DNA of 64,000 nucleotides from Alphaproteobacteria bacterium (GTDB lineage: Bacteria > Pseudomonadota > Alphaproteobacteria > GCA-2731375): assembly GCA_965225945.1 (NCBI GenBank), contig CBDDBZ010000028.1, positions 84,104 to 148,103 of the forward strand, read 5' to 3'. Every line of letters begins with the position of its first letter. The stretch's first letter is position 1. The position numbers and the translations under genes are program-made. Shown one piece after another: positions 10,108 to 20,134 of the stretch. The notes beneath the pieces are model-generated. The model searched no databases. It was not told where the DNA came from and saw only the letters and a program-made list of their open reading frames with translations.

Positions 10108-11301
10108 TCATGATCCGTCCGGGCTGTCCAGAAACGGTCGGGATCGGTACAGCCGTTCGCTCGCGAGCCGCGCGCCCGCGCTCATCGCGGCGAGCTTGGC
10201 CCAGACCACGTCCTCGGCCACCCGGCCGAAGCCGGCGGAGGTGTCGAAGCCGCAGTCGGTGGCGGCGCCCAGCCGTTCCGGCCCGCCGATTGCGCGCGCG
10301 ATCCGCTGCAGCCGGTCGGCCACCACCTCGGGGTGCTCGACGAAGTTGGTCGTGGTGTCGATCACGCCCGCGATCAGGCCCATGTGGTCGGGCAGCGGCA
10401 GGTCCTCGAAGACGTGGAACTCGTGCGCGTGGCGGGGGTTGGCGAAGGGCAGGACCAGGGCGCTCACCTTCGCCTGGTAGAGGATCGGCAAGATATCGGC
10501 GAGCGGCACGTCCAGATCGTGCGGCCCCTCGTAGTTGCCCCAGCAGACGTGGAGGCGGACGCGCTCCGCCGGAATGCCCTCCAAGCCCTCGTTCAAGCGA
10601 GTGATGACGCGCTCGACGAAATTCCGGAATTCGGCGAGCGGCCGTTCGGCATAGGTGACGTGGCGCTCGAGCGCGAGATCGGGGCAGTCGAGCTGCAACG
10701 CGAACCCGGCGTCGACCACGGCCTTGTATTCGGTCCGAAGCGCCCTCGTCAGCGCGCCGAGATAAGCGTCCTCGTCGCCGTAATGGTCGTCTCGGATGGC
10801 GGCGGCGATGATCCCGGGCGACGGCGCGGCGAGAAAGCCGCGGTCCTCGGCCAGCCCGTTCTCGGCCAGTACGGTGGCGAAATCGGCGCATTCCTGCTCG
10901 ATCAGGGCGGCATCGAGATAGCGGACCTCGTCCACCACGCGGGGCAGCTCGAAATTGCTGACCGCCGTCAGCGAGCCGGTGAGCCTGGCCCGCATCTCGG
11001 CGAAGACGGGATAGCGCTGGACGTCGGCGAGCGGCGGCCGGCCGCCGCCTGGGGCGAAGCCGCTCATCCGCCGCTGGACATAGAGGAAGAAGGCTTCCCG
11101 CGTCTGTTCGCCGTTGTTGACCAGGTCGATGCCGGCCTCGAGCTGCTTCGGCACCACCCAGCGGGTCGCCTCGGCCGCCGCCCGGGCGAGTTCGACTTCG
11201 TCGACCGGCTCGCCGTGCGCGCGGCGGGCATAGAGTTGCACCAGGGCCGGCGGCCTCGGCAGGCTGCCGGCATGGGTGGTCTGGATGCGGATCTCGTTCA
11301 T
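10108..11301 (-). CDS. cobalamin-independent methionine synthase II family (single-barrel MetE-like) protein
   Basis: TTHAGSLPRP, LQLDCPDL, RLHVCWGNYEGPH, ATDCGF zinc ligands. Confidence 0.88.
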   Translation of the reverse strand: MNEIRIQTTHAGSLPRPPALVQLYARRAHGEPVDEVELARAAAEATRWVVPKQLEAGIDLVNNGEQTREAFFLYVQRRMSGFAPGGGRPPLADVQRYPVFAEMRARLTGSLTAVSNFELPRVVDEVRYLDAALIEQECADFATVLAENGLAEDRGFLAAPSPGIIAAAIRDDHYGDEDAYLGALTRALRTEYKAVVDAGFALQLDCPDLALERHVTYAERPLAEFRNFVERVITRLNEGLEGIPAERVRLHVCWGNYEGPHDLDVPLADILPILYQAKVSALVLPFANPRHAHEFHVFEDLPLPDHMGLIAGVIDTTTNFVEHPEVVADRLQRIARAIGGPERLGAATDCGFDTSAGFGRVAEDVVWAKLAAMSAGARLASERLYRSRPFLDSPDGS

Positions 11302-11405
11302 GGGCTCGGGCTCCCTCGCCGCCGCGCGGATCTTGGCGGGGCCGGGGGCGCATGGCAACATCGCCCAGGCAACATCGCCCAGGGGAGGATTGAGGATAAC
11401 GCCCG

Positions 11406-12107
11406 ATGATCTCCGTCGTGATCCCGGTCCTGAACGAGGCGGCGAACCTCGCCTGCCTGCTGCCAATTCTCGGCGCCGAGCCGGAGATCGGCGAGATCCT
11501 GGTGGTCGACGGCGGCAGCGAGGACGGATCCAAAGCCATCGCCCGGGCGGCGGGGTGCAGTGTCGTCGCGGCACCCCGGGGTCGGGGGCCCCAATTGGCG
11601 GCGGGCGGCGCACCGGCCCGGGGCAAAATACTGCTGTTCCTGCACGCCGACTGCGGCTTTCCCCCGGGGGGTGCGGGTCGAATCGTCGAAGTGCTGGAAG
11701 CCCGGCCCGAGGTGGTCGGCGGCAACTTCCGCCTCCATTTCGACGGCGAGGATGCCTTCTCTCGCTGGCTCGACGGCTTCTACGCCTGGATCCGCGCACG
11801 CGGCGTCTACTATGGCGATTCCGGCGTCTTCGTCCGCCGCCGCGCCCATGAGGCGCTCGGCGGCATCCGCCCGATCGCCCTGATGGAGGACTACGACTTC
11901 ACCCGCCGGCTGGAGCGGCTGGGCCCGACGGTATCGATCGCCGAGCCGCCGCTCACCACCTCCTCGCGCCGCTTCGCCGGCCGGCGTCCGGTGGCAATCG
12001 TCGCCGGCTGGCTCTGGCTGCACGCGCTCTATCACCTGGGCGTTTCACCCGAGCGCCTGGCCCGGCTCTACGATTCGAGCCGCCGCCGCAAAGCCGCGCC
12101 CAGCTAG
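11406..12107 (+). CDS. GT2 glycosyltransferase (TIGR04283-like)
   Basis: ISVVIPVLNEA, VVDGGSED, LFLHAD, YGD, LMED, TSSRRF. Confidence 0.85.
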   Translation: MISVVIPVLNEAANLACLLPILGAEPEIGEILVVDGGSEDGSKAIARAAGCSVVAAPRGRGPQLAAGGAPARGKILLFLHADCGFPPGGAGRIVEVLEARPEVVGGNFRLHFDGEDAFSRWLDGFYAWIRARGVYYGDSGVFVRRRAHEALGGIRPIALMEDYDFTRRLERLGPTVSIAEPPLTTSSRRFAGRRPVAIVAGWLWLHALYHLGVSPERLARLYDSSRRRKAAPS

Positions 12108-12862
12108 AAGGCCGCCGTCATGCCGCCGTCGATCGCCAGGACGGCGCCGGTGACGTAGGCGGCTTCCTCCGAGGCCAGGAAGACGACGGCGTGGCCCAAC
12201 TCCTCCGGCGCGCCCCAGCGGCCGACCGGCGTGCGGCCGCACACCATGGCGTCGAACTCCGGATCGGCCTTGAGGTTGGCGTTGAACTCGGTGGCGAAGA
12301 AGCCGGGCGCCAGCGTGTTGACGGTGACGCCACGGGGCGCGAGCTCCACCGCCAGCGCCTTGGTGAGGCCGGCGAGGCCATGCTTGGCGGCGACGTAGCC
12401 GGGAATGTTCGCGCGCGCGATCAAGCCGAACACCGAGCCGATGTTGACGATCCGCCCCCATCCCGCCGCCACCATCGGCTTGGATGCCTCCCGCGCCAAG
12501 ACGAAAGGGGCGGTGAGGTTGAGCTCGATCACGCGGCGCCAGTCCGCGTCGCCATGCTCGGGCAGGGCCTGGCGGTGAATGATGCCGGCGTTGTTGATCA
12601 GGATGTCCAGGCGGCCATGATCGCGGGCGATCGCCGCCACCGCCTCGCCCGCCGTCTCGCTCGCCGTGGCGTCGAACGGCCGCGCTTGCGCGCTCGACCC
12701 CGCCGCCGTCAGTTCGTCCGCCTTCGCTTCCAGCGCCGCCCTGCTCCGGGCGTTCAGCACCACGGTGGCGCCGTGGCGGGCCAGCGCTTGGGCCGCCGAC
12801 CAACCGAGCCCCCGGCTCGCCCCGGTGACCAGCGCCACCCGCCCCGTCAGATCGAACGCCAC
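12104..12862 (-). CDS. SDR oxidoreductase (gluconate 5-dehydrogenase-like)
   Basis: TGASRGLG, NNAG, YVAAK, VNTLAPGFFATE. Confidence 0.9.
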   Translation of the reverse strand: MAFDLTGRVALVTGASRGLGWSAAQALARHGATVVLNARSRAALEAKADELTAAGSSAQARPFDATASETAGEAVAAIARDHGRLDILINNAGIIHRQALPEHGDADWRRVIELNLTAPFVLAREASKPMVAAGWGRIVNIGSVFGLIARANIPGYVAAKHGLAGLTKALAVELAPRGVTVNTLAPGFFATEFNANLKADPEFDAMVCGRTPVGRWGAPEELGHAVVFLASEEAAYVTGAVLAIDGGMTAAF

Positions 12863-12934
12863 GCCGTCCCCGCTTCCCTCGACCGTCCCGGGGCGGCGGG
12901 AAGGCCGTGGGCCGCGCGCGGCGGTGCCCCGCCC

Positions 12935-14464
12935 TCACATCACCGCGCCAATCGTCCAGGGGACGAACTCGTCGTCGCCGAAGCCCAATTCCTCGCTTCT
13001 GGTCGGTGCGCCCGAGGCGGTCGCCAGGATCTTGGCGAAGATCTTCTCGCCCATCTCAGGCACGCTCGCCTCGCCGTCGATAACCAGGCCGCAGTTGATG
13101 TCCATGTCCTCTGACATGCGGTGGTACATCGCTGTGTTGGTGGCGAGCTTGAGCGAGGGTACCGGCTTGCAGCCGAAGACCGAGCCACGTCCGGTGGTGA
13201 AGCAGACGACGTTGGCCCCGCCCGCGACCATACCGGTGACCGAGGCCGGGTCGTAGCCGGGCGTGTCCATGAAGACGAAGCCCTTGGCGGTCATCGCCTC
13301 GCCATAGGCGTAGACGTCGACCAGGTTGGTGGTGCCGCCCTTGGCGGCGGCGCCGAGCGATTTCTCCAGGATCGTGGTGAGCCCGCCCGCCTTGTTGCCG
13401 GGGGAGGGATTGTTGTTCATCTCGCCCTTGTTTCGCTCGGTATAGTCCTCCCACCAGCGGATCTTCTCAACGAGCTTCAGGCCCACCTCCTCGGTGACCG
13501 CGCGCCGCGTCAGCAGATGCTCGGCGCCGTAGATCTCGGGCGTTTCGGCGAGGCAGGCGGTGCCACCGTGGCGGACCAGCAGATCGGCCGCCGCGCCGAG
13601 CGAGGGGTTGGCGCTGATCCCGGAATAGGCGTCCGAGCCGCCGCATTCGAGGCCCAGGATCAGCGCGCTCGCCGGCAGCGTCTCGCGGCCGACGCGGTTG
13701 GCCTCGAGAAGCATCTCGCGCACTCGGGCGACGCCCTCGCGGACCGTCTTGGTGGTGCCGCCGGTCTCCTGAATGGTCATGGCGTGGAGCGTGTCGCTCT
13801 GTTCGAGACCGGTGTTCTTCAATAGCGCGCCGATCTGGTTCGCCTCGCAGCCGAGGCCGACGATGATCACGCCGTGGAAATTCGGATGGCGGGAATAGCC
13901 GGCGAGCGTCCGTTGCAGCACCTCATAGCCCTCGCCCACCGTGGCCATGCCGCAGCCGGTGCCGTGGGTCAGCGCCACCACCCCGTCGACATTGGGAAAT
14001 TCGTCCAAGCCCGGGCCCCGGAACTGGTCGGCGATATAACGCGCCACCGTCGCCGAGCAGTTGACCGAGGTCAAAATTCCGATGTAGTTGCGCGTCGCCA
14101 CCCGCCCGTCCGCGCGGCGGTAGCCCTGGAAGGTCGCCCGCTCGGCTTCCGCCACCATGTCGAGGGGGCGCACGTCTTGGCAGAAGAGGTAATCGCGCTT
14201 GAAATCACGGACCTCGACGTTGTGGGTGTGGACGAGTTCGCCGGCGGCGATGTCGGCGGTGGCGAAGCCGATGATCTGGTCGTATTTGCGGATCACCTCG
14301 CCGGCCGGAATAGGCACCGTGGCGATTTTGTGGCCGGCCGCGACGTCGCCCGTGGTGGCGACGCTCGCCTCGCCGATCTCGACGCCCGGCAGGATATCGG
14401 CTCTGGCGACCACGACGTTGTCGTTGCCGTGCAGTCGTATGATCAGGGGTCCGCTCGCCGTCAT
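12935..14464 (-). CDS. altronate/galactarate dehydratase (UxaA/GarD family)
   Basis: N-terminal SAF domain, TSVNCS, HGTGCG, CGGSD, NNPSPGNKAGG, FTTGRGS. Confidence 0.92.
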   Translation of the reverse strand: MTASGPLIIRLHGNDNVVVARADILPGVEIGEASVATTGDVAAGHKIATVPIPAGEVIRKYDQIIGFATADIAAGELVHTHNVEVRDFKRDYLFCQDVRPLDMVAEAERATFQGYRRADGRVATRNYIGILTSVNCSATVARYIADQFRGPGLDEFPNVDGVVALTHGTGCGMATVGEGYEVLQRTLAGYSRHPNFHGVIIVGLGCEANQIGALLKNTGLEQSDTLHAMTIQETGGTTKTVREGVARVREMLLEANRVGRETLPASALILGLECGGSDAYSGISANPSLGAAADLLVRHGGTACLAETPEIYGAEHLLTRRAVTEEVGLKLVEKIRWWEDYTERNKGEMNNNPSPGNKAGGLTTILEKSLGAAAKGGTTNLVDVYAYGEAMTAKGFVFMDTPGYDPASVTGMVAGGANVVCFTTGRGSVFGCKPVPSLKLATNTAMYHRMSEDMDINCGLVIDGEASVPEMGEKIFAKILATASGAPTRSEELGFGDDEFVPWTIGAVM

Positions 14465-14689
14465 TGTCTCTCTCCCCGCGTTTCGGGCATCTGGGATGGG
14501 GCCAGTCTCGGAAATCATGCGCCGCCCCGTCAACCAAATTGAATCGGGGAACGCCTTGACTCGCACCTCCGCTTAACCAAATCGTGTCAGGGTCCAGTTG
14601 GCGCTTCGCTCGCCCATCGACTATTCCACCTGCATGGGTTATCGGTGCGTTCGCCATGGTTCGAGATCCGCCATGCGAGGAGAGTTGAG

Positions 14690-15205
14690 ATGCGATGGTT
14701 GTCTTCGATGATCTGGGCGGCCCTCGTCGCTCTTGCGCTGCTGTCGGCGCCGAGCGCCTGGGCCGTGGGCGGCGGTAGCGGCAGCAAGAGCGGAAGCGCG
14801 CAATCCAGCCGCTCGAGCTCGGGCGACAGTTGGCGCAAGGCCAAGCAGGCGATCGCGGCGCGCCAATACGAGGCGGCCATCCCGTTCCTCTTGAAGACGG
14901 TGAAGGACGATCCGAGGAACGCCGACGCCTTCAACTATCTGGGCTACAGCCACGCCCGGGCGGGAAAGACCGATCGAGCGCTCGGCTATTACCAGAACGC
15001 GCTGAAGATCGATCCCAAGCACAAGGGCGCCAACAACTATCTCGGCGAATTGCATCTGAAGCGGGGCGACCTCGCGGCGGCGGAACAGCGTCTGGCGGTG
15101 CTGAACAAGGCTTGCTCCTTTGGCTGTGTCGAATACGACCTGCTGAAAAAAGCCGTCACCGAATATAAGGCGACCGGCAAATACACCACCTCCAAGGGCC
15201 TCTGA
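14690..15205 (+). CDS. secreted TPR-repeat protein
   Basis: Signal peptide, Ser/Gly linker, NADAFNYLGYS and ALKIDPKHKGANNYLGEL repeats, CxxxC. Confidence 0.85.
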   Translation: MRWLSSMIWAALVALALLSAPSAWAVGGGSGSKSGSAQSSRSSSGDSWRKAKQAIAARQYEAAIPFLLKTVKDDPRNADAFNYLGYSHARAGKTDRALGYYQNALKIDPKHKGANNYLGELHLKRGDLAAAEQRLAVLNKACSFGCVEYDLLKKAVTEYKATGKYTTSKGL

Positions 15206-15294
15206 AGCCGGCGCCGCCGGTTTGAGGGTCAAATGCTACCGCGAGCGAGCGGAACGGGCTAGAATCCGGCGCGAGTGGGAAAGCGGGAGGACGC

Positions 15295-16269
15295 ATGGAA
15301 TATCTGCCGGCGTTCGAACTGCATCGACCGAGAAGCGTCGAGGAGGCGGTGGCGCACGCTGGCGAGGGCGAGGGCGCGCGCTATCTCGCCGGTGGCACCG
15401 ATCTGGTGGTCAACACCCGGCGGGGGATCGAGGCGCCCTCGGCGATGATCGATCTCGGCGAGGTCGACGAACTCTCAGGCATCGCCGAGGTCGACGGCGG
15501 CCTGCGGCTCGGCGCCGGGGCGAGCCTCGACGAGATCGCGAACGACGCCCGTGTCCGAAGCCGATATCCGGCGGTGGCCGAGGCGGCCGGCGGCGTCGCC
15601 GGGCCGACCCATCGCCAGCACGGCACGCTCGGCGGCAACCTCTGCCTGGATACCCGCTGCCTTTACTACAACCAGTCCGAATGGTGGCGCGACGCCAACG
15701 ACTACTGCCTGAAACATCGAGGCGAGGTCTGTCACGTCGCCCCCAAGGGAACGCTCTGTTTCGCCGCTTATTCCGGAGACACGGCGCCGGCCCTGCTGGT
15801 CCACGAGGCGGAGGTGGAGATCGCCGGACCGAGCGGCCGACGCCGCGCGCCGCTGGCGACGCTCTGGCGGGACGACGGCCTGGACCATCTGACCTTGGCG
15901 CCGGCGGATCTGGTGGTCGCCGTCTATCTGCCGCCGCCGGCGGCGGGGCTTCGCTCCGGCTACGAGAAGGCGCGGATCAGGGGCGCGATCGACTTTCCCC
16001 TGGCCGGCGCAGCACTCGCGGTGGCGATGGCGGGGACGGAGGTCCGGGCGCTGCGGCTGGCCTTGACCGCGGTCAACCCCTCGCCGCGCCTCGTGACGGG
16101 GACCGAGGCGCTGACCGGCCGCCCGCTCGACCGTGAGGCGGTCGAGGCCCTGCGCGAGCTGGCGCGAGGCCAGGCCCAGCCGATGCGGACCACCACCATC
16201 AAGCCTTGGTATCGCCGCCGCGTCGTCGGCGCGCTGGCGGCGCGCCTCGCTCGCCGCCTCGCCGATTGA
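15295..16269 (+). CDS. hcrB: 4-hydroxybenzoyl-CoA reductase beta subunit-like FAD/[4Fe-4S] protein
   Basis: LAGGTDL, GTLGGNLCLDTRC.YYNQSEWWR..NDYCLK..G..CHVA....C Cys-rich insertion typical of HcrB. Confidence 0.85.
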   Translation: MEYLPAFELHRPRSVEEAVAHAGEGEGARYLAGGTDLVVNTRRGIEAPSAMIDLGEVDELSGIAEVDGGLRLGAGASLDEIANDARVRSRYPAVAEAAGGVAGPTHRQHGTLGGNLCLDTRCLYYNQSEWWRDANDYCLKHRGEVCHVAPKGTLCFAAYSGDTAPALLVHEAEVEIAGPSGRRRAPLATLWRDDGLDHLTLAPADLVVAVYLPPPAAGLRSGYEKARIRGAIDFPLAGAALAVAMAGTEVRALRLALTAVNPSPRLVTGTEALTGRPLDREAVEALRELARGQAQPMRTTTIKPWYRRRVVGALAARLARRLAD

Positions 16270-16359
16270 CTCGATCGATCGCGCCGAAACGAAACCGGGG
16301 CCCGCATCGCGGACCCCGGTCCCCCACCCCGACCGCGCGCCGGGGTCGATAGGCAAGAC

Positions 16360-17436
16360 CTACTTCAGGTAGGTGCTCTTCATACGCTGGGCGTCGCCCC
16401 AGGTCTTGTACCCCTTGCGGAAGCCGTAGAAGCTCTCGGCGACCTTCTTGAAGAGCGGATCCTTCGCGCTCTCTTCCGCGACGACCTCGAACCAGGCGGT
16501 TTCCATCTTGGCGAGGGTCGAGTCCGGCCAACGATGGTTGGTGACGCCGTACTTCGACTTCATCTCCGCCATCGCGTCGAAGTTCTTGGCCTCGGTCTCG
16601 GCGTAAGTGTGCATCACGCTCTCGCCGAGGGCGATCTCGATCATCGCCTGATGATGATCCGCCAGAGCCTTGAACATCGACCGGTTCATCAGCAACTCGC
16701 TGACCGAGACCTGCTGGTGCCAGCCCGGATAGTAGTTGTTCTTGGCGATCTGGTAGAAGCCGAGGGCGATGTCGATGGTCGGCATCGAGAACTCGGTGGC
16801 GTCGATCACGCCACGCTCCAGCGCCGGGTAGATGTCCGCGCCGGCCAAGAGCTGGGTCGACACGCCGAGCTTGGTCATCACCCTGGCGCCGAGGCCGAAG
16901 AAGCGCATCTTCAGGCCCTTGAGCTGGTCGAGCGAGGTGATCGGCTGCTTGAACCAGCCCGAGGTTTCCGGGCCGATGGCGAAGCTGTCGAAGCTGATCA
17001 GATCATGCTTCACGTAGATCTCGTCGCGCAGATCGTTGCCGCCGCCGAACCATTTCCAGGCCAGGAATTCGCCGATCTGCGGCCCGAACGGCACCGTGGT
17101 GAAGAAGGAAAGCGCCGGATACTTGCCGGTGTGGTAGCCCGGCGTCGTCCAGCAGGATTCGATCGCGCCCTTGGAGACCGAGTCGAAGCACTCCAGCGCC
17201 GGCACCAGCGCGCCCGGCTCGAAGAACTTCAGGTTCAGCTGGCCCTGCGACAAGCGCTGCACGTTCTTCGAAAACCTCACGCCCGAGGTGCCGATGTGCG
17301 GCAGCTTGCTGCCGAAGGCGCTCTGCATCTTCCATTTGATACGCTTCTGCGCCTCGGCCGAGCTGGCGAAGGCGAGCGCGACACCGACGGCCAAACCCAC
17401 CGTGACGGCGGTCCTGAGGAACTTCGACATGGACAT
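16360..17436 (-). CDS. TRAP transporter substrate-binding protein (DctP family)
   Basis: Signal peptide, WKMQSAF, GLKMRFFG, ALERGVIDATEF, YPGWHQ. Confidence 0.92.
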   Translation of the reverse strand: MSMSKFLRTAVTVGLAVGVALAFASSAEAQKRIKWKMQSAFGSKLPHIGTSGVRFSKNVQRLSQGQLNLKFFEPGALVPALECFDSVSKGAIESCWTTPGYHTGKYPALSFFTTVPFGPQIGEFLAWKWFGGGNDLRDEIYVKHDLISFDSFAIGPETSGWFKQPITSLDQLKGLKMRFFGLGARVMTKLGVSTQLLAGADIYPALERGVIDATEFSMPTIDIALGFYQIAKNNYYPGWHQQVSVSELLMNRSMFKALADHHQAMIEIALGESVMHTYAETEAKNFDAMAEMKSKYGVTNHRWPDSTLAKMETAWFEVVAEESAKDPLFKKVAESFYGFRKGYKTWGDAQRMKSTYLK

Positions 17437-17552
17437 TTCGTATCCTCCCTTTGTATGAGTCCCGAATAGAATTTGATCAGAGCGTCGTCGCCGACGCAAC
17501 CGATAATGTCGATTCGGGGCGGGACAAATCCAAATACTCGGGAGGAATTGCC

Positions 17553-19160
17553 ATGAGAGGCGCCGATCTCCTCGCCCGTGCGCTCGCCGAGGCGGGATGT
17601 CGAACCCTGTTCACGCTTTCCGGCAATCAGATCATGCCGATCTTCGATGCGTGTCTGGAGCACGACATCCGACTGGTTCACGTCCGCCACGAGGCGGCGG
17701 CGGTACATATGGCGGACGCCTGGTCGCAGCTCACCGGCTCCGTCGGTGTCGCCCTGGTGCCGGCCGGGCCCGGTTTCGCCAACGCCCTCTCGCCGCTCTA
17801 TTCCGCCACCCACTCGGAGAGCGCCGTGGTTCTGCTGAGTGGCGATTCCCCACTGTCGGGGGATGGCCGGGGCGCCTTCCAGGAACTCGATCAAGCGGCG
17901 GCGGCGGCACCTCTGGTGAAGGCCACCCGGCGGACGCGCCGCGCGGCGGAGCTCGGCGAGGATGTCGCCTGGGCGATTCGGCTGGCCCTCTCGGGCCGGC
18001 CGGTGCCGGTGCATCTGGCCTTGCCGTTCGATCTGTTGAACGCCGAGACGCCCGCGGCCACGCCGCCGGCCGAGGCCTTCGTGCCGGAGGTCTGGGAAGC
18101 GGACGCGGCCTCACTCGGCGCTATCGTCGAGGCCGCCCGGGCGGCCCGGCGACCGTTGGTCCTGACCGGGCCAGCGTTGAATCGGTCTCGCGCGGCCGGC
18201 CTGGCCGACGAGGTGTCGGCGGCGCTGGCGGCGCCGGTGGTGGCGCTGGAGAGTCCTCGCGGGCTCGGCGATCCGGCGCTCGGCGCCTTCGCGCGCGTGC
18301 TGGCGCGCGCCGATCTGGTGGTGAGCCTGGGCAAGCGGATCGACTTCACGCTTCGTTTCGCCGGGCCGGGGGTGCTGGACGAAGGCTGCCGGGTCATGCT
18401 GATCGATCCCGAGGCCGACGCGCTGGAGCAAGCCCGCGCGGCCCTCGGCGCTCGGCTCCAACTCGGCGAGCGGGGCGATGCGGCGGCGACGGCGCGCGCC
18501 CTGGCGAAATCACCTATCGAGGAAAGCAATTCTCGCGCGGCCTGGCGCGCCGAGGTGGTGGCCGCGATCGCCCGGCGCGACACCGAGGCTGAACGACGGG
18601 TGGCGGCGGGGCGGATATCGCCGATCGCGCTCGGCCGCGCGGTTCAGGCCTGCCTCGATCAGGCCGCCGCGCCGATCCTGATCTCGGACGGCGGCGAATT
18701 CGGGCAATGGGCACAAGCCTGCATCACCGCGCCGACACGGCTGATCAACGGTCCGGCGGGCGCCATCGGCGGCGCGCTGCCCCAGGCCGTCGCCGCTCGG
18801 TTGGCACGGCCCGAGGCGACCGTGGTGGCGCTGATGGGAGACGGCACGATCGGCTTCAATCTGGCCGAATTCGACACCGCCTTGCGCCACGACGCGCCCT
18901 TCCTCGCCGTGGTCGGCAACGATGCGCGCTGGAACGCGGAATACCAGATCCAACTCCGCGACTACGGGCCCGAGCGCCTCGTCGGCTGCGAGCTCAGGGC
19001 GACGCGCTACGACCTGGCGGTGCGCGGCCTCGGCGGCCACGGCGAATACGTCGACGCTCCGGCGGACCTCGCCCCGGCGCTGGAGCGCGCGCTCGCAAGC
19101 GGCCTGCCCGCTTGCGTCAACGTCGAGATCGAGGGCCTGCCGGCGCCGAGCGTCGATTGA
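17553..19160 (+). CDS. thiamine pyrophosphate-dependent enzyme (acetolactate synthase-like)
   Basis: HVRHEAAAVHMADA, GAFQE, GDG...N TPP motif; GGAGG RBS. Confidence 0.9.
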   Translation: MRGADLLARALAEAGCRTLFTLSGNQIMPIFDACLEHDIRLVHVRHEAAAVHMADAWSQLTGSVGVALVPAGPGFANALSPLYSATHSESAVVLLSGDSPLSGDGRGAFQELDQAAAAAPLVKATRRTRRAAELGEDVAWAIRLALSGRPVPVHLALPFDLLNAETPAATPPAEAFVPEVWEADAASLGAIVEAARAARRPLVLTGPALNRSRAAGLADEVSAALAAPVVALESPRGLGDPALGAFARVLARADLVVSLGKRIDFTLRFAGPGVLDEGCRVMLIDPEADALEQARAALGARLQLGERGDAAATARALAKSPIEESNSRAAWRAEVVAAIARRDTEAERRVAAGRISPIALGRAVQACLDQAAAPILISDGGEFGQWAQACITAPTRLINGPAGAIGGALPQAVAARLARPEATVVALMGDGTIGFNLAEFDTALRHDAPFLAVVGNDARWNAEYQIQLRDYGPERLVGCELRATRYDLAVRGLGGHGEYVDAPADLAPALERALASGLPACVNVEIEGLPAPSVD

Positions 19161-19224
19161 GCAACCTCGGGCGCGCTCTTCGGCCTCGCGGGGGTCCAGG
19201 GCCCTGGTGTGGTCGGTTGGTTGC

Positions 19225-19457
19225 GGCGTCACCGTCATCAAGGTCACCCCGTCGAGGACATGGACGATCTCGTCGCCGTTCCGGTGCCGCTCCCACTCGC
19301 TGTCGCCGACGAAGCCGCCGGCGAAGATGCCACCGTCCCGATAGGGGCTGAGGGTGGCGAAGGCGGCGTCGGCCTCTTCCTCGCTGGTCGCCGGCGTGCG
19401 CCCCTCCAGGACCGGTCTTGCCGCGAACTCCGCCCGGATGTCGATCGCCTTCACCAT
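19225..19457 (-). pseudogene. probable truncated cupin-domain gene
   Basis: MVKAIDIRAEF...GDSEWERHRNGDEIVHVLDG is cupin motif 1. Motif 2 is absent and the frame runs on antisense into the neighbouring gene. Confidence 0.6.
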
Positions 19458-19464
19458 GCCGTCT

Positions 19465-19995
19465 TCAAATCCGGAACTGGACCTGCTCGGAGAAGAAACG
19501 CTCGATCCGCCTGAGCGTGGTGTTGAGCTCGACCACTTCGCCGTAGCCGATATGCTCGCCACCGAACAGGGTCTCGACGTGGCGCTCGAACAGCGCGGTG
19601 ACGTCCTGGCGCAACGCCAACCCCTTGTCCGAAAGCTTGACCCGGACCGTGCGCCGATCGTGCGGCGAGCGCTCCTGCTCGATATAGCCGTTCTGGGTGA
19701 GCTGCTTCACGTTGTAGGAGACGTTGGAGCCGAGGTAATAGCCCCGGTAGGTCAGCTCGCCGATGGTGATCTCGTCGTCACCGATGTTATAGAGGATCAA
19801 CGCCTGCACGTTGTTGACGTCGCTCCGCCCGGAGCGATCGAGCTCCGCCTTCAGGACGTCGAGGAAACGCCGGTGCATGCGCTCGATCAACAACAGGGTC
19901 TCGCGGTAGAGCGTCAAGCGCTGAGCCTCGTCGGGCCCCGCCTCGTCGTCGCCGGCCTCGTCCCGCTCCGCCTGATCCTCGCCGTTCATCGCCAT
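19465..19995 (-). CDS. MarR family regulator, LdtR-like
   Basis: IERMHRRFLDVLK..., VQALILYNIG, RGYYLGSNVSYN, DRRTVRVKL. Confidence 0.88.
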   Translation of the reverse strand: MAMNGEDQAERDEAGDDEAGPDEAQRLTLYRETLLLIERMHRRFLDVLKAELDRSGRSDVNNVQALILYNIGDDEITIGELTYRGYYLGSNVSYNVKQLTQNGYIEQERSPHDRRTVRVKLSDKGLALRQDVTALFERHVETLFGGEHIGYGEVVELNTTLRRIERFFSEQVQFRI

Positions 19996-20134
19996 CCGAT
20001 CTCCGTGTCGCCCCGGCCTCGACGCGCCGCTCCTTCTATAGCACTTACCGACCTTGCCGGACCACCCGCGCGAAGCGGGGGCATCGTTCATGCCCAGGGA
20101 AGAAAATCTCGATCGCGCCACCCCAGCCCCGCGC

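Noticed and set aside
9245-11725. 826-aa ORF, and likewise 20753-22828 and 39583-41442, as fusion proteins
   Set aside because: The N-terminal extensions are out-of-frame read-through of neighbouring genes; the real starts are at 10078, 21667 and 40369.
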